The notes under the pieces are model-generated. The model was not told where the DNA came from. It ran no database searches and saw only the letters and a list, made by a program, of their open reading frames with translations. DNA of 62,873 nucleotides, filler included, from Stramenopiles sp. TOSAG23-2 (lineage: Eukaryota), in assembly GCA_900128395.1 (NCBI GenBank). It is 4 parts of 4 records of this genome, joined end to end, with 100 filler letters (N's around TTAATTAATTAA, not from the genome) between each part and the next. Parts side by side here need not be neighbours in the genome. Positions count along the whole stretch, not along the records: positions 1 to 15,667 come from LT649699.1; 3 more parts are not named here. The stretch is one strand, 5' to 3'. Below are positions 1 to 11,188 of this stretch, one piece after another. Positions within the stretch are counted from its first letter, which is position 1, and each line of letters opens with the position of its first letter. The position numbers and the translations under genes are program-made.

Positions 1-1
1 T

Positions 2-181
2 GATGGTGGAATACAAAGTATTATTGATGTATTAAAAACAAACAATACATTAAAGTTCTTGACCCTAGATAATAATCAACTTAGTGATAATATGATATCA
101 CAATTAAAAGCTATACAACAATATAAAAAAGATGGATCAAACGGGTATCAACAAGTGGAAGGGATGTTTATAGGCACATAA
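2..181 (+). CDS. 3' end (partial) of an RI-like LRR protein; paralog of the TIR-CC-LRR gene at 14336-15667
   Basis: Manual translation DGGIQSIIDVLKTNNTLKFLTLDNNQLSDNMISQLKAIQQYKKDGSNGYQQVEGMFIGT*. Positions 2-154 align gap-free with 15515-15667 (141/153 nt identical). Not in the ORF track. Confidence 0.85.
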   Translation, partial: DGGIQSIIDVLKTNNTLKFLTLDNNQLSDNMISQLKAIQQYKKDGSNGYQQVEGMFIGT

Positions 182-308
182 TAATTAATATATATATATT
201 GTATACTACCAACTACAATATCCCTATATATAAAAGAGTAATATACACACACCATCACACAACACAACACAACACACGCACGCACGCACACACACACATT
301 CCTTTTCA

Positions 309-1109
309 TCATTCCAACTCATCACCATCGTCTTTCGATCGACTGCCTTCCCCACTATGTATACGAAAACGCTTTCGACTTTCTTCTTGTATTACATGTC
401 GTATGGCAATATTTTGTATACATTCCACCCATCCAATTGCAGTTGCTTTACTACTTGCTTCTAATTTCAAGGTACGATTACCTTCCATATGAATTGTATT
501 AATAACAAAACGAACACTGCCATCTGGTTGTGATGGTGGATCAGATTGTATTTTAATTTCACATCCAGTAATATCTAAACAACCTTTTAATTTTGCACCA
601 TCTATTGTATAATATTCCAAGGAACCAGTATTAAAATCCAATACAAAAAAACGTTCTAACCAATTTTTACGTACACGTCCTAATTTTTTTAAATTACCAC
701 TACGAAAATTTGGTTTCATAATATCACGTAACATTTCATCATGTGTTTTATCATCATCATGTACTGGCAATGTAACAATTGCATCTAAGATATCTTTCCA
801 TTCAATCCATGGTGAATTATAACGACATACAATTGTATGATTGCTATATTTTGAATCCAATTCTTCACAACATAACCACCCATCTTCTGGTGGTTTAATA
901 TCATTTGTTGTACTACGATTTGCATATAATGGTATTTGTATTTTTCCACCCCAATACAATTCGGTTTCTAATTCCCAATAATATATATCTTCTTCTTTAT
1001 TTATTTTTTTTCTTAAACGTTTTGATAATTGTGGACCTATGATGTTGTTGTTGTTGTTGTTGACGTAATAAGTTTGTTTATATTGTTAGATATATTATGT
1101 TCATGATTG

Positions 1110-1141
<32 letters not shown>

Positions 1142-2002
1142 CTTACTACTATATTTACTATCTTCATCATCATCATCATCATCGGAATCTGGTACATATT
1201 TTTCACGTTTCAATGTAAACATTGTTGTACTTGGATTATGTGCCGTTCTTGTATATATATTTGCATTTCCAACACGATCTTCACGTTCAACATATAATCC
1301 ATTGACACCATTTATATCACTATCATCTACCCATAATAAATGCGGTGCTAAAAATAATGCTAATTCTCTGCAATTTTTCACACTTTCTTCATATACTCGT
1401 TCCCATAAATATGCTTCTAATTGTCTACGTCTATTTCGTGTTAATCGCGCATCTGTTTTATTTGCATAAAATGGTGTTTTTGGTGGCAATGAACAATCAA
1501 AAAACGTTTTATTATCACGTTTTTTTTCAATTTTATTATGTTTAAGTACTTTATCTAATTCTAAAAATTCATTGTAACGACGTGAGACCGTCCATGAACG
1601 GCGTAAATGGGGTAAAGAAACAAATAATGTATATAACATATAACTACCATCTCGACTTGCACCAATTTCTGGTATCGTGACTTGAATATATGGACATAAT
1701 GTATTGGTTAATAAGGATGTGGTGATGGATAATGGTGGTGGTTTTTCTTCATCTTGTGTTTTTTCTTCATCCGTTTCTATTGTTTTTTCCTTATGTACAT
1801 CGTTATTATGATTATTATGATCGTTGTTATTATTATCGTTGTTATTATTATCGTCGTCGTCGTCGTTGTTGTTGTTATTGTTGTTGTTATTGTTATTGTT
1901 GTTATTGTTGTTATTATTATTATCATTATTATTTACAGTTGTTTTTTCTATCTCAATTTCTTCTTCCCCTTTTGTTTCGTCGTCTAGGGTATCATTCTTT
2001 TC

Positions 2003-2052
<50 letters not shown>

Positions 2053-2278
2053 TATTATTATTATTATTACTACTATCCTCCTCGTTGGTGATACTGTTTT
2101 TTCTTTTTTCAATGACAATATTTTGTATACATGCATTTATTTTCTCATGATGTTGGTCTTCCATTTTAATATGTTTAATAATTGTATGTCCTTCAATGTG
2201 ATGTTCTGGGGAAGATGGTGCTGGTATTGTATCTGTTGATACTGTATTTGGTTGTTCTTCTTTCACAATGGATGTCAT
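309..2278 (-). CDS. PX- and PH-domain protein with Asn-rich N-terminus; 2 exons (2278-1147, 1036-309), ~619 aa
   Basis: PX motif WTVSRRYNEFLELD...LPPKT...RRRQLEAYL; PH motif RSGNLKKLGRVRKNWLERFFVL...WVECIQ. GTAAGT..CATAG intron at 1146-1037 joins the two track ORFs in frame. Confidence 0.8.
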
Positions 2279-3690
2279 GTTTCTCTTTAAAAACGAAGAA
2301 TTTTATTGATACGTACAACACGGTATATTGCAAAATATATATTATAAATGACTATCCAAAAAATATTCTTTCTAATATTATAAAAAATATATATATTTCA
2401 ATGGAATATATAGAGGAAGGATGAGTTAATAATTATAAAAAAGGCCACAAATTTGACAAAAATTCTGATTAATAATTTTTTTTTCACTTTTTTTTGTTTT
2501 TCCTTTAAATATTTAAACCCTCTACCGTATCATATATGTTTTATGAATGTTTTATGTTGTAAAGGGTAAGTATTTACAATATATACACGTACATTTATCG
2601 ATATATCCAACATACAGTATATGTTTAAAAACAATAAAAATATCAAAACACTTCATTAAAAAATGCATTTTATTACGAAGGAAGAATAATTATTATTTTT
2701 CAATAGTGTGTAGTGTTATTGTTATACCTGTGCTATCTCCATACTATAGGAATACCATATATATAGGATTTAGATTTAGATTGGTAGAACCGAAAGAAAG
2801 AAAGGAATGAGGAGATTTCGGAATCCAGTTCTCTTAGAAAAATACATATTTAGTATGTAATTTATAATGTAAATGATATATATCCTATTATAACATACAT
2901 ATAATGTTAAATCACCTTCAGCTAATGATAATTTCCGAGAAAACGCTGTTTTTATGGCCGATAATGCTATTCCTATGCACCAACATTCGTATTCCATTAT
3001 AGCTCGGCTGGTCCATAGAAATCCCACCTTCCTGTAAATATATTATAGTAAATGTTATTAATAATGGTATGTCATACGTATATACTTTATTTTTTATGAA
3101 AATTTATAATATTTTAATAAAATCGTATGTAATACTTATGCTATCTTTATGCTATCAGAAAGGGTGTAAAGGATAAAAGTAAAATTTTGTGTTTTGTTTT
3201 ACACTATTAGAACTATAGCATTGTAATAACATACATATTAAAAATAATTCAGTAAAAATCAAAAAAATAAAATATATAACTATGTATAGATAGAATACCA
3301 TTATTTATACCATCTACTATATATTCATCGATCGATAGCCTATCCATTAAAACAGTGTGTGTGTGTGTGTGTGTTGGATATGTATAGAGCTATATATCTG
3401 AATCATTGTACGTTGTACATATTTATTTGATAATATCAATACAATTCGAACATATATACTGTGTATATATATATATATATATACGTACAACAAAAATATC
3501 TAAGAACAAAAAATAATATTTAGTTTTTTTACTAATTAATTAAATATAATTATTATAATTTTAATATAATTACGACAATTTTAAAGCCATCAATTTGAAT
3601 AATAATAATAATAATATAATCAACCAATATTGTAAATATATAATAAACACAATATATATATATATATAACCAAACGCACAGAATCAAATT

Positions 3691-6600
3691 ATGACCTCGT
3701 TAACATCCCAAAGCAACAACAATAATACATTCAATTTTCAACCAAATGAAAATGATATCAAAGGTATATTAGCATTATTGGAACAAACACAATCACCAGA
3801 TAATAATGTACAACGACAAGTATTTAATCAATTAAAAGTATTAGAACAAAATAAGGAATTTTCGTTATATTTATCCTTTATATTAAGTTGTACGACGGAT
3901 GGACAAGTAGGAATGGTAATACGATGGCAAGCTGGTAATATTTTAAAAAAATTAACACGTACTGTTTTCACATCATTACCTGGACAAGCACAAGATTATA
4001 TTGTAAACAATTCATTACAATCATTATGTGATCAACATCGTAATATACGACGTGTTTCTTCGTCGATTATTACCACTGCATTGGAAGAACAAAATGAACC
4101 ATTTCGTCGTTGGCCGAATTTAATTAAAACATTAGCAAATTATACATTAAATGATACATTGCATGTTGTACAAGGTAGTTTTTATTGTTTGAGTTTAATA
4201 TGTGAAGATAGTACACGTGATTTAAAACATGATCCACAAAAACCATTAGATCAATTGATACCACATTTTATTAAATATATGGGACATACAGATGGAACCA
4301 TACGTCAATTATCTTTAATTAGTTTAGTCAATATTATACCATATCAATGCGAAGCGATGGATATAAATTTACAAGAATTTTTAACAGCATTGTCACCATT
4401 AACGACAGATGCAAATAGTAAAACTAGAAAATATGTATGTAAAGCACTTTGTGAATTAACAAGATTTAATTTTAATATATTAATTGAAATGATTGAACAA
4501 ATTATCACATTTATGTTAAATGCAATGTCAGATGAAGATGATGAAGTTGTCATGGAAGCATGTGAGTTTTGGACCATTTATTGTGAGGAAGGTGATGAAG
4601 CATATAGTGTATTGGATAAATATTTACCGCAATTATTACCAATATTAATCAATAAAATGACATATTCCGATGAAGAATTAATGGATTTACCCGTTGATAA
4701 TGTTGCAGATGCGCATGTTGCAGATAGGACGGAAGATATTGCACCACAACATATGAAAAAGAATAATGATGAAGGAGGCGGCGGCGGCAGCGGCGGTGGT
4801 GATGAGGGTGAAGATGATGACGAAAATAATGGAAACGATGATTTTGGTACATATACAATACGAAAAGCAAGTGCAGGTGCAGTTGATTTATTATCTACTG
4901 AACGACCAGATGTGATGTTTCCGATTTTATTACCATTATTAGAACAAGGTTTTAGTTTAATACAACAACATGCAAATCATGATGTAGAAGTAAATGATAA
5001 ACCAATATGGTTAATAATTGAATCATTTATTTTATTACTTGGTGCAATAAGTGATGGTATGGCAAAAAAATTAAAAAATACAATGATATCTACATTGTTT
5101 CCATTGTTATTAAAATGTTGTAAACATGATCGGCCATTAATTCGCAGTATTAGTGTATGGACATTAACAAAATATACACGTTTAATATGTTGGACGGCAA
5201 AAAATTTACAAAATGGTGGTGGACCAACAGTTATTTTTGAACCAACATTATTAGTATTATTAGAATTAATGCAAGATCAAGTAAAGAAGGTATGTAGTTT
5301 TTTTATTATTTTTTTTTCCCATCTCACACATATGATATATATATATATATATATAAAGTATATGTTTCATCACAATATTTCAAACTAACCACATATCTAT
5401 ATTAAACACAGGTACAAAACGATGCATGTTATGCATTAGATGAATTTATGGAAGCAGGTGGTGATATGATTATACCATATGGACAACATATTGCACCAAT
5501 TTTTGTGAAATGCCATACATTATATCAAGCTAAAAATTTATATAGTTTATATAATGTCATAGCTGTATTTGCAGAGACAATGAAAAGTGAATTGCAAAAA
5601 CCAATATATGTTCAATCGTTATTACCACCATTAGTTGCTAGATGGAATGGTTTACAAGATGATGATCGTAATTTAATAAGTGTTATGGAAACATTGTCGG
5701 TCATGGCTACTGCAATGGGGACACAATTAGATGTATTTGCACGTGATGTCTATAATCGTTGTTTAAATATGATTGAAACGCAAATCACATTAATGTTAGC
5801 ATCTCCAGATGAATATAGTTATGATTTTGATTTTTTAGTATGTGCATTGGATTTACTAGCCGGAATTGCGGAAGGGGTTGGTGCAGCATTTATACAATTG
5901 ACGCAAAATACAAATTTAATTCAATTATTACCACATCTATGTGAAAGTCATATTGCCGATATACGTTTAAGTACATATGCATTGATTGGTGAAATTAGTA
6001 AACATAATATTACCATGATTTTCAATCCAAATAATAATGATTTAAATAAATTATTTACAACTTTAATTGATAATATGATGAGAGATTTACGGTATAATAC
6101 GGAAGAGGAAGATGATGATGTTGGGTATAGTAATTATATGATGAATAATATGCAAAATGATACATGTAATAATTCTATATGGGCATTAGGTGAAATTAGT
6201 AAAGCAATTGGTACAAATGCAAATGGTTTTATTGGAATGGCAGGTATTGCATTTTTTGAAAAAATTTCTAGAATTTATATGGATAAATATGCACCGATAG
6301 AAATTAAAAATAATTGTATAGTAACTATTAGTAGATTTGCAATTGGCAGTCCAACGCTTATTGCACAACATATGGGATCATATTTTCCAAATTATTGCAT
6401 GTTAATTAATCGTATACGTCCATTGGTAAGTTTTCTTATATATATATATATATCGAAATAATATGTCAACAAACTGTATTTGTTTATATATATATATATA
6501 ATATTTTCTCTTACTCATTTATATATATATACTAACCTTTTTTATATATACATTTATACAGGGTGAACGTCATGATACTTATCATGGTTTATGTTTAATT

Positions 6601-6840
6601 ATACAAAATAATCCAAATTTAGCAATAACAAATTTTCGTTATGTTGCACATGCATTAGTAAGCATTAATAAAAAGCAATATTTAGATGATATAACAAATG
6701 AAATTAAACAAATGTTTGGTCAAATTGTATTAGGTATGAAACAAAGCAAAGGTAATGATCAAGCATGGGAACAATTTTTAAAATCATGTGGGATACAAGG
6801 TCCATTACGTGATGGTTTGAGGCAATACTATGGGGTATGA
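3691..6840 (+). CDS. TNPO1: Transportin-1 / importin beta-2; 3 exons (3691-5289, 5412-6425, 6562-6840)
   Basis: HEAT-repeat karyopherin with VMEACEFW, acidic loop followed by YTIRKASAGAVDLL, PLIRSISVWTL and DFLVCALDLL. GT-AG introns 5290-5411 and 6426-6561 keep the frame; stop TGA ends at 6840. Confidence 0.9.
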
Positions 6841-7042
6841 TATATATATGGTACGTCGTATTATTTTTAGTACGTAGAACTTGTGTGTGAAAATGAATGT
6901 AAAGATTTTTTTTACGCGCGTATACGAGAGAGGTAGAGAGGTATTGATTACGTTGTACGAAGTATATACGTTTTCGTAGTTCGTAAAAGTATATGATTAA
7001 ATTTTTAACTAGATATTGTTTTATATAAAAAACACACTCTTT

Positions 7043-8116
7043 TTACTGGGCATAAGTTAACATCTCTTCAATACTAACTTCTTTATCATTGTTTTCATCC
7101 ATTTCTTTGAATTTTGCCATGATTTCTTTGCTATGTGTTAAATGTTTTAATTTTTCATTCGAGTTCAATAATGTTTGTACTTTTGTATTCAGTTGCACGC
7201 TCCTCAAAAACTTTCGCCTTGAAATGACACCATTATGTTTTGGATCAATTGTATTAAAAATAGATTCAACTGTTATTTGTTCAGGTGTTTTTGTTGGTAC
7301 TATTGGTTTTGGTGGTTCTTCCTCTGTTGTTGTTGCATTTTGTATTTGATCTTCTTTATTATTATTATCCTTCTTACTACTATTATTATCATTATTATTA
7401 TTAGGTTTTTCCACTATTAAATTTGTACCAGTACTAATAACACCATTTGCCGTATTTGGTTTCCTATTATTATTTTTATCAACAATACGACGTCCACCCG
7501 CTGATTTTGTTTTATTTTTATTATTATTTGTAGTTGCTGGTCGTTTTGGTATAGTAGCAGTAGTATTGTTGTTTTTACCAGCAGCAGCACGACTTTTACT
7601 AGTTTTCATAATAGAACTACTAGCTGAACTTGGTAGAAAATTTTCATCTGGATGAAATTTACTTAAATTTTTAACAATATGACGATTACGTTTATCATCT
7701 TTTTTCCATAGTTTACGATCATACAATGGTTGTACGTTGCTTATACGTTCCAACAATAAACGATTATCATGGTTGACTAATAACATCTTTCTACGCCTAG
7801 TTTGTAAATTCAAACTACGTGGTCCACTTGTTTGTGGAAATGAAAATACTTTGGATTTCATAATTTTAGTCATTTTTTGTAATAATATTTTATTTTGTTT
7901 TTCAATTTCATCAAAACGTTCTTCCATTTTTTTATCACGTTTAGCATTGACAATTAAATGAGACATACCAATTGTTCTTGGTGCTTTGTTATCCAACGTA
8001 CCTTTCCCTTTTTTACGGTTATTGATTGCATTTAAACGTTTTGCATGTAAACGTTTTGCACGTCTTCGTTGACGTGCAGCTATTAAACGATTGGAATGTT
8101 GTGGTACCGGTTTCAT
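7043..8116 (-). CDS. CFAP97/KIAA1430-domain ciliary protein with C-terminal EF-hand pair
   Basis: LDNKAP...EERFDEIEKQNKILLQKM...SLN..TRRRK...DNRLLLERI pattern of the CFAP97D family; EF loops IDPKHNGVISRRKF and MDENNDKEVSIEEM. Confidence 0.75.
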   Translation of the reverse strand: MKPVPQHSNRLIAARQRRRAKRLHAKRLNAINNRKKGKGTLDNKAPRTIGMSHLIVNAKRDKKMEERFDEIEKQNKILLQKMTKIMKSKVFSFPQTSGPRSLNLQTRRRKMLLVNHDNRLLLERISNVQPLYDRKLWKKDDKRNRHIVKNLSKFHPDENFLPSSASSSIMKTSKSRAAAGKNNNTTATIPKRPATTNNNKNKTKSAGGRRIVDKNNNRKPNTANGVISTGTNLIVEKPNNNNDNNSSKKDNNNKEDQIQNATTTEEEPPKPIVPTKTPEQITVESIFNTIDPKHNGVISRRKFLRSVQLNTKVQTLLNSNEKLKHLTHSKEIMAKFKEMDENNDKEVSIEEMLTYAQ

Positions 8117-9258
8117 TGTTTGTTGTTGTGATTAACTATCGTTTTAATATAATAAAAATGATATATATATACTTATATATAGACAGATAAGTATGCAGAT
8201 ATATATACAGATTTATTTACTAAGCTTGGTATTGATGTTATTACTCCAATTGATACAATTGCCACAAACAATGATGTATGTTTGTAATCTAATAATTAAT
8301 ATTAATATTGCGATTATGCCTATAAATAATAAATCCTAAATAATAAATCCTATCTATATTATATTAAAAAGCTTTGATTCTTGTTATTATATATATATAT
8401 ATATATATATACTTCAACAAAAACAAATAAGTATGCAGATATGTATATATAGATACAGGTATTTTAATTTACTAAGCTTGCTATACTGATGATGTAATTG
8501 CCACACTGTTCTTCTTTATTCATCAATCTCTGCCCCTCGTTGCCCCCCAACTCCTACACATAAATGTTTTGTATATGTATTTTTAATGATGAATTTTTTA
8601 ATAATTTTTGTAATTATTTTATTAAAAAATGGAATATTTGGTATTCTAATTTCCCTTTCAAGTATAAATTAGGTGTCCTTTGATCGGTAAAGAAATGGAT
8701 AGGTGTGTTTTATCGTATACTAAGATATTACAGGTTGTGTATATGGTAAATGGATATATAAGTTGTACTTAGGATAAAGTGATCTCGCCAAGAGGACGGA
8801 AGTTCGCATTTTTTGTCCGCTGTTTTTATTTCTTCGATCAAATCATCTTTTGGCCGGATCTTTCCATAATGCTATTTACCTGCTAATTTGCTAAATCAGT
8901 TTCACTGCCTGGCCAGCCTGGATTATTGACAGTCGAGGCAGGTTTTTACTTTGTTGGTTGATGGGAAAAAAATATCGATAACATTTCAGGAATTTGGATC
9001 ATCCAAAAATAATCACATCTATAGTTCTAATAGTGTGAGGTGTATTTACTCAGGAAACCTTAACGAGCAAATCCACTACGCACCTCAAGAATCGGAGCGT
9101 AGCGTATTTACTCAGGGGATATATGGCACTTTTTTTGACCTAGGATTTAAAGTACAAATATTAGACTACTACATGAACAATTGAAATGAGATAAATAATT
9201 CAATCTTTAATAGTGGATTGAAAATTATTTGATAGGGAATTTAAAGAGCCATTTTATT

Positions 9259-9354
9259 TAGGCCGTCACAGCACTATTTTGATTTTTTTATTTGTACTTT
9301 TGTAGTCTAATTATACCTATCAAAACAAAAATCCGTAATGCTGTGCACGGCCTA
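9259..9354. mobile_element. ~96-bp foldback / MITE-like element
   Basis: TAGGCCGT-CACAGCA at the left end versus TGCTGTGCACGGCCTA at the right end (one indel); imperfect symmetry continues inward; TA at both outer ends. Confidence 0.45.
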
Positions 9355-10156
9355 TTAGGGGTTTATTGCTGTGTACCTGCTATTTGTTTAAGGTAAAAAA
9401 TCTCCAGTCACAAAACCTGCCAAGTCTCTTTCCAGTAAGGTGTATTTAGATAATACAGTGATGAAGATAGTTTTATAATTACTACTTATCGGATATTATT
9501 ATGAACATGATATTCAAAATTGTCAGTTTTGATACCTTTTAAACAAAAACAAAGCATCACGTACCATGTGGTTACCATTGACCATTGACATAGCATCACC
9601 TACCATAGACACAGTCGGTTACTATGGAGATACCATTAGCTACCATGCTATGGACATAGCATTACCTACATCGTACCGTTATACCAGCAGCAAACCAACT
9701 ATTCTTGATAAAAACATCCAACACGATATATATTCCATCTCGACACTTTATCCTAAGTACAACTCAGATATCCATTTAACATATACACAACCTTTATTAT
9801 CTTAGTATACGATTAAACACACCTACCATTCTGTTGCATAAAAAAAATAATAAAATTCGTTTTTCTTCTCATTAAAAATTCCTCCTCTCTTAAAATACAT
9901 ATTAAAAACTGTTTCACTCCCAAAGTGTTTGTGGAAATCAATAGGATAAAATTACATATACCAGTTTCATTCGTATATATATATATATACCATCTTAAGA
10001 ATACCAAATACTATAATCTTCGTTATAGTAACCACACCGAAATATATATATATACCTGTCTATATATATATATAAATTTGTAAAACAATATTTTGTAAAG
10101 TTTATTATTATTAACGCCATCATTCCAAAAAAAATAATACATTTAATAACAACAAC

Positions 10157-10885
10157 ATGCACAAACAAGGTGGTTTAACCGATGAAGAATTAGCAGAATT
10201 GCAAGGTACCGTAGATTCCCTTGGTAAATACCAAACATATGAAGATTATTTAGATGATCAAGTACAACCGGAAGATATGTATTATTTAGAAGATGAAGAG
10301 TTAGCACGTCAATTAGTTGAGTTAGGTTATCGTGGTAATGGGGAAACGTTGAAACGGGAAGAATTTGAAGCAAGGAAAAAAGCGGAACGGGAAAAAAATA
10401 GTCAAAAAAGTAAGAAACCAAAATTATTATCAAGCGCATCGTCGGATCTATCACAATCGCCGTTTTTACAAGCATTAGCAAATCGGGAAGAATTAGTACG
10501 TGCTGGTAAATTAACAACGATTGTATTTATAAGGCATAAAAATCATTTAGGACAAGAAGTTAGTGGTTATATTGATTATGCACATCGTTTAAAGACGGAA
10601 AATACGGAACCATATTTTCAACGGAAAAAGAAATTAATGCCACGGCCAACAGATTTATCGTATTACAATTGGGAAACGCAAACCAGTACAAGTAATAGTA
10701 CACCAAATTTCCAAGTCATTGCAGATAATGAAGCGGGTTTATTATTTAAAAATAAACGTGATCGTAAAGTCATTAATGTCGATCCAAAAAGTAAACCAGG
10801 GGATAATTCAATACGTACGGAATTAAAAACTAATGAATATTTTCAAGTCGTTATTTATGATCATATGACGAGAAGAAAGTCGTAA
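10157..10885 (+). CDS. CFAP299: Cilia- and flagella-associated protein 299 (C4orf22 family)
   Basis: TYEDYLD...DMYYLEDEELARQLVELGYRG; EVSGYIDYAHRLK; PRPTDLSYYNW; GLLFKNKRDRKVINVDP. Confidence 0.92.
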   Translation: MHKQGGLTDEELAELQGTVDSLGKYQTYEDYLDDQVQPEDMYYLEDEELARQLVELGYRGNGETLKREEFEARKKAEREKNSQKSKKPKLLSSASSDLSQSPFLQALANREELVRAGKLTTIVFIRHKNHLGQEVSGYIDYAHRLKTENTEPYFQRKKKLMPRPTDLSYYNWETQTSTSNSTPNFQVIADNEAGLLFKNKRDRKVINVDPKSKPGDNSIRTELKTNEYFQVVIYDHMTRRKS

Positions 10886-11188
10886 GAAAGAGAAGGAGAG
10901 GTAAATAGTGGAAGGCAGTGGCAGTTATTTTATATATATGAAAGGGAGAGGGGAAAGAGGAAATAGAAGTCCATAGTCCATTAGTCCATTAATTTTAAAA
11001 ATTTATAAAAAAATGATTTAACGTATTTTACATATAATTTCGTATGCATATTTTTATGATATTGTGTATGATATATCATTAATATTTAAGTAAACAATTC
11101 TAATATTCTAAACATTCTTAAAATTCTTAATCGTTTTTTACGTTTGTACGAACTTCGTACATTTTTACAATTTTTACATTTTACATTT

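Noticed and set aside
1732-2150. Poly-Tyr/Leu/Ile ORFs on the plus strand
   Set aside because: Antisense shadows of the AAT/AAC (poly-Asn) repeats of the PX-PH gene.
9617-9632. RFX X-box-like GTTACTATGGAGAT between two ciliary genes
   Set aside because: Right half-site does not match, it is a single occurrence, and RFX regulation is not established for the probable lineage.
8951-9805. Short ORFs at 8951-9184 and 9566-9805
   Set aside because: No recognisable domain and atypical composition; more likely non-coding or TE-derived.
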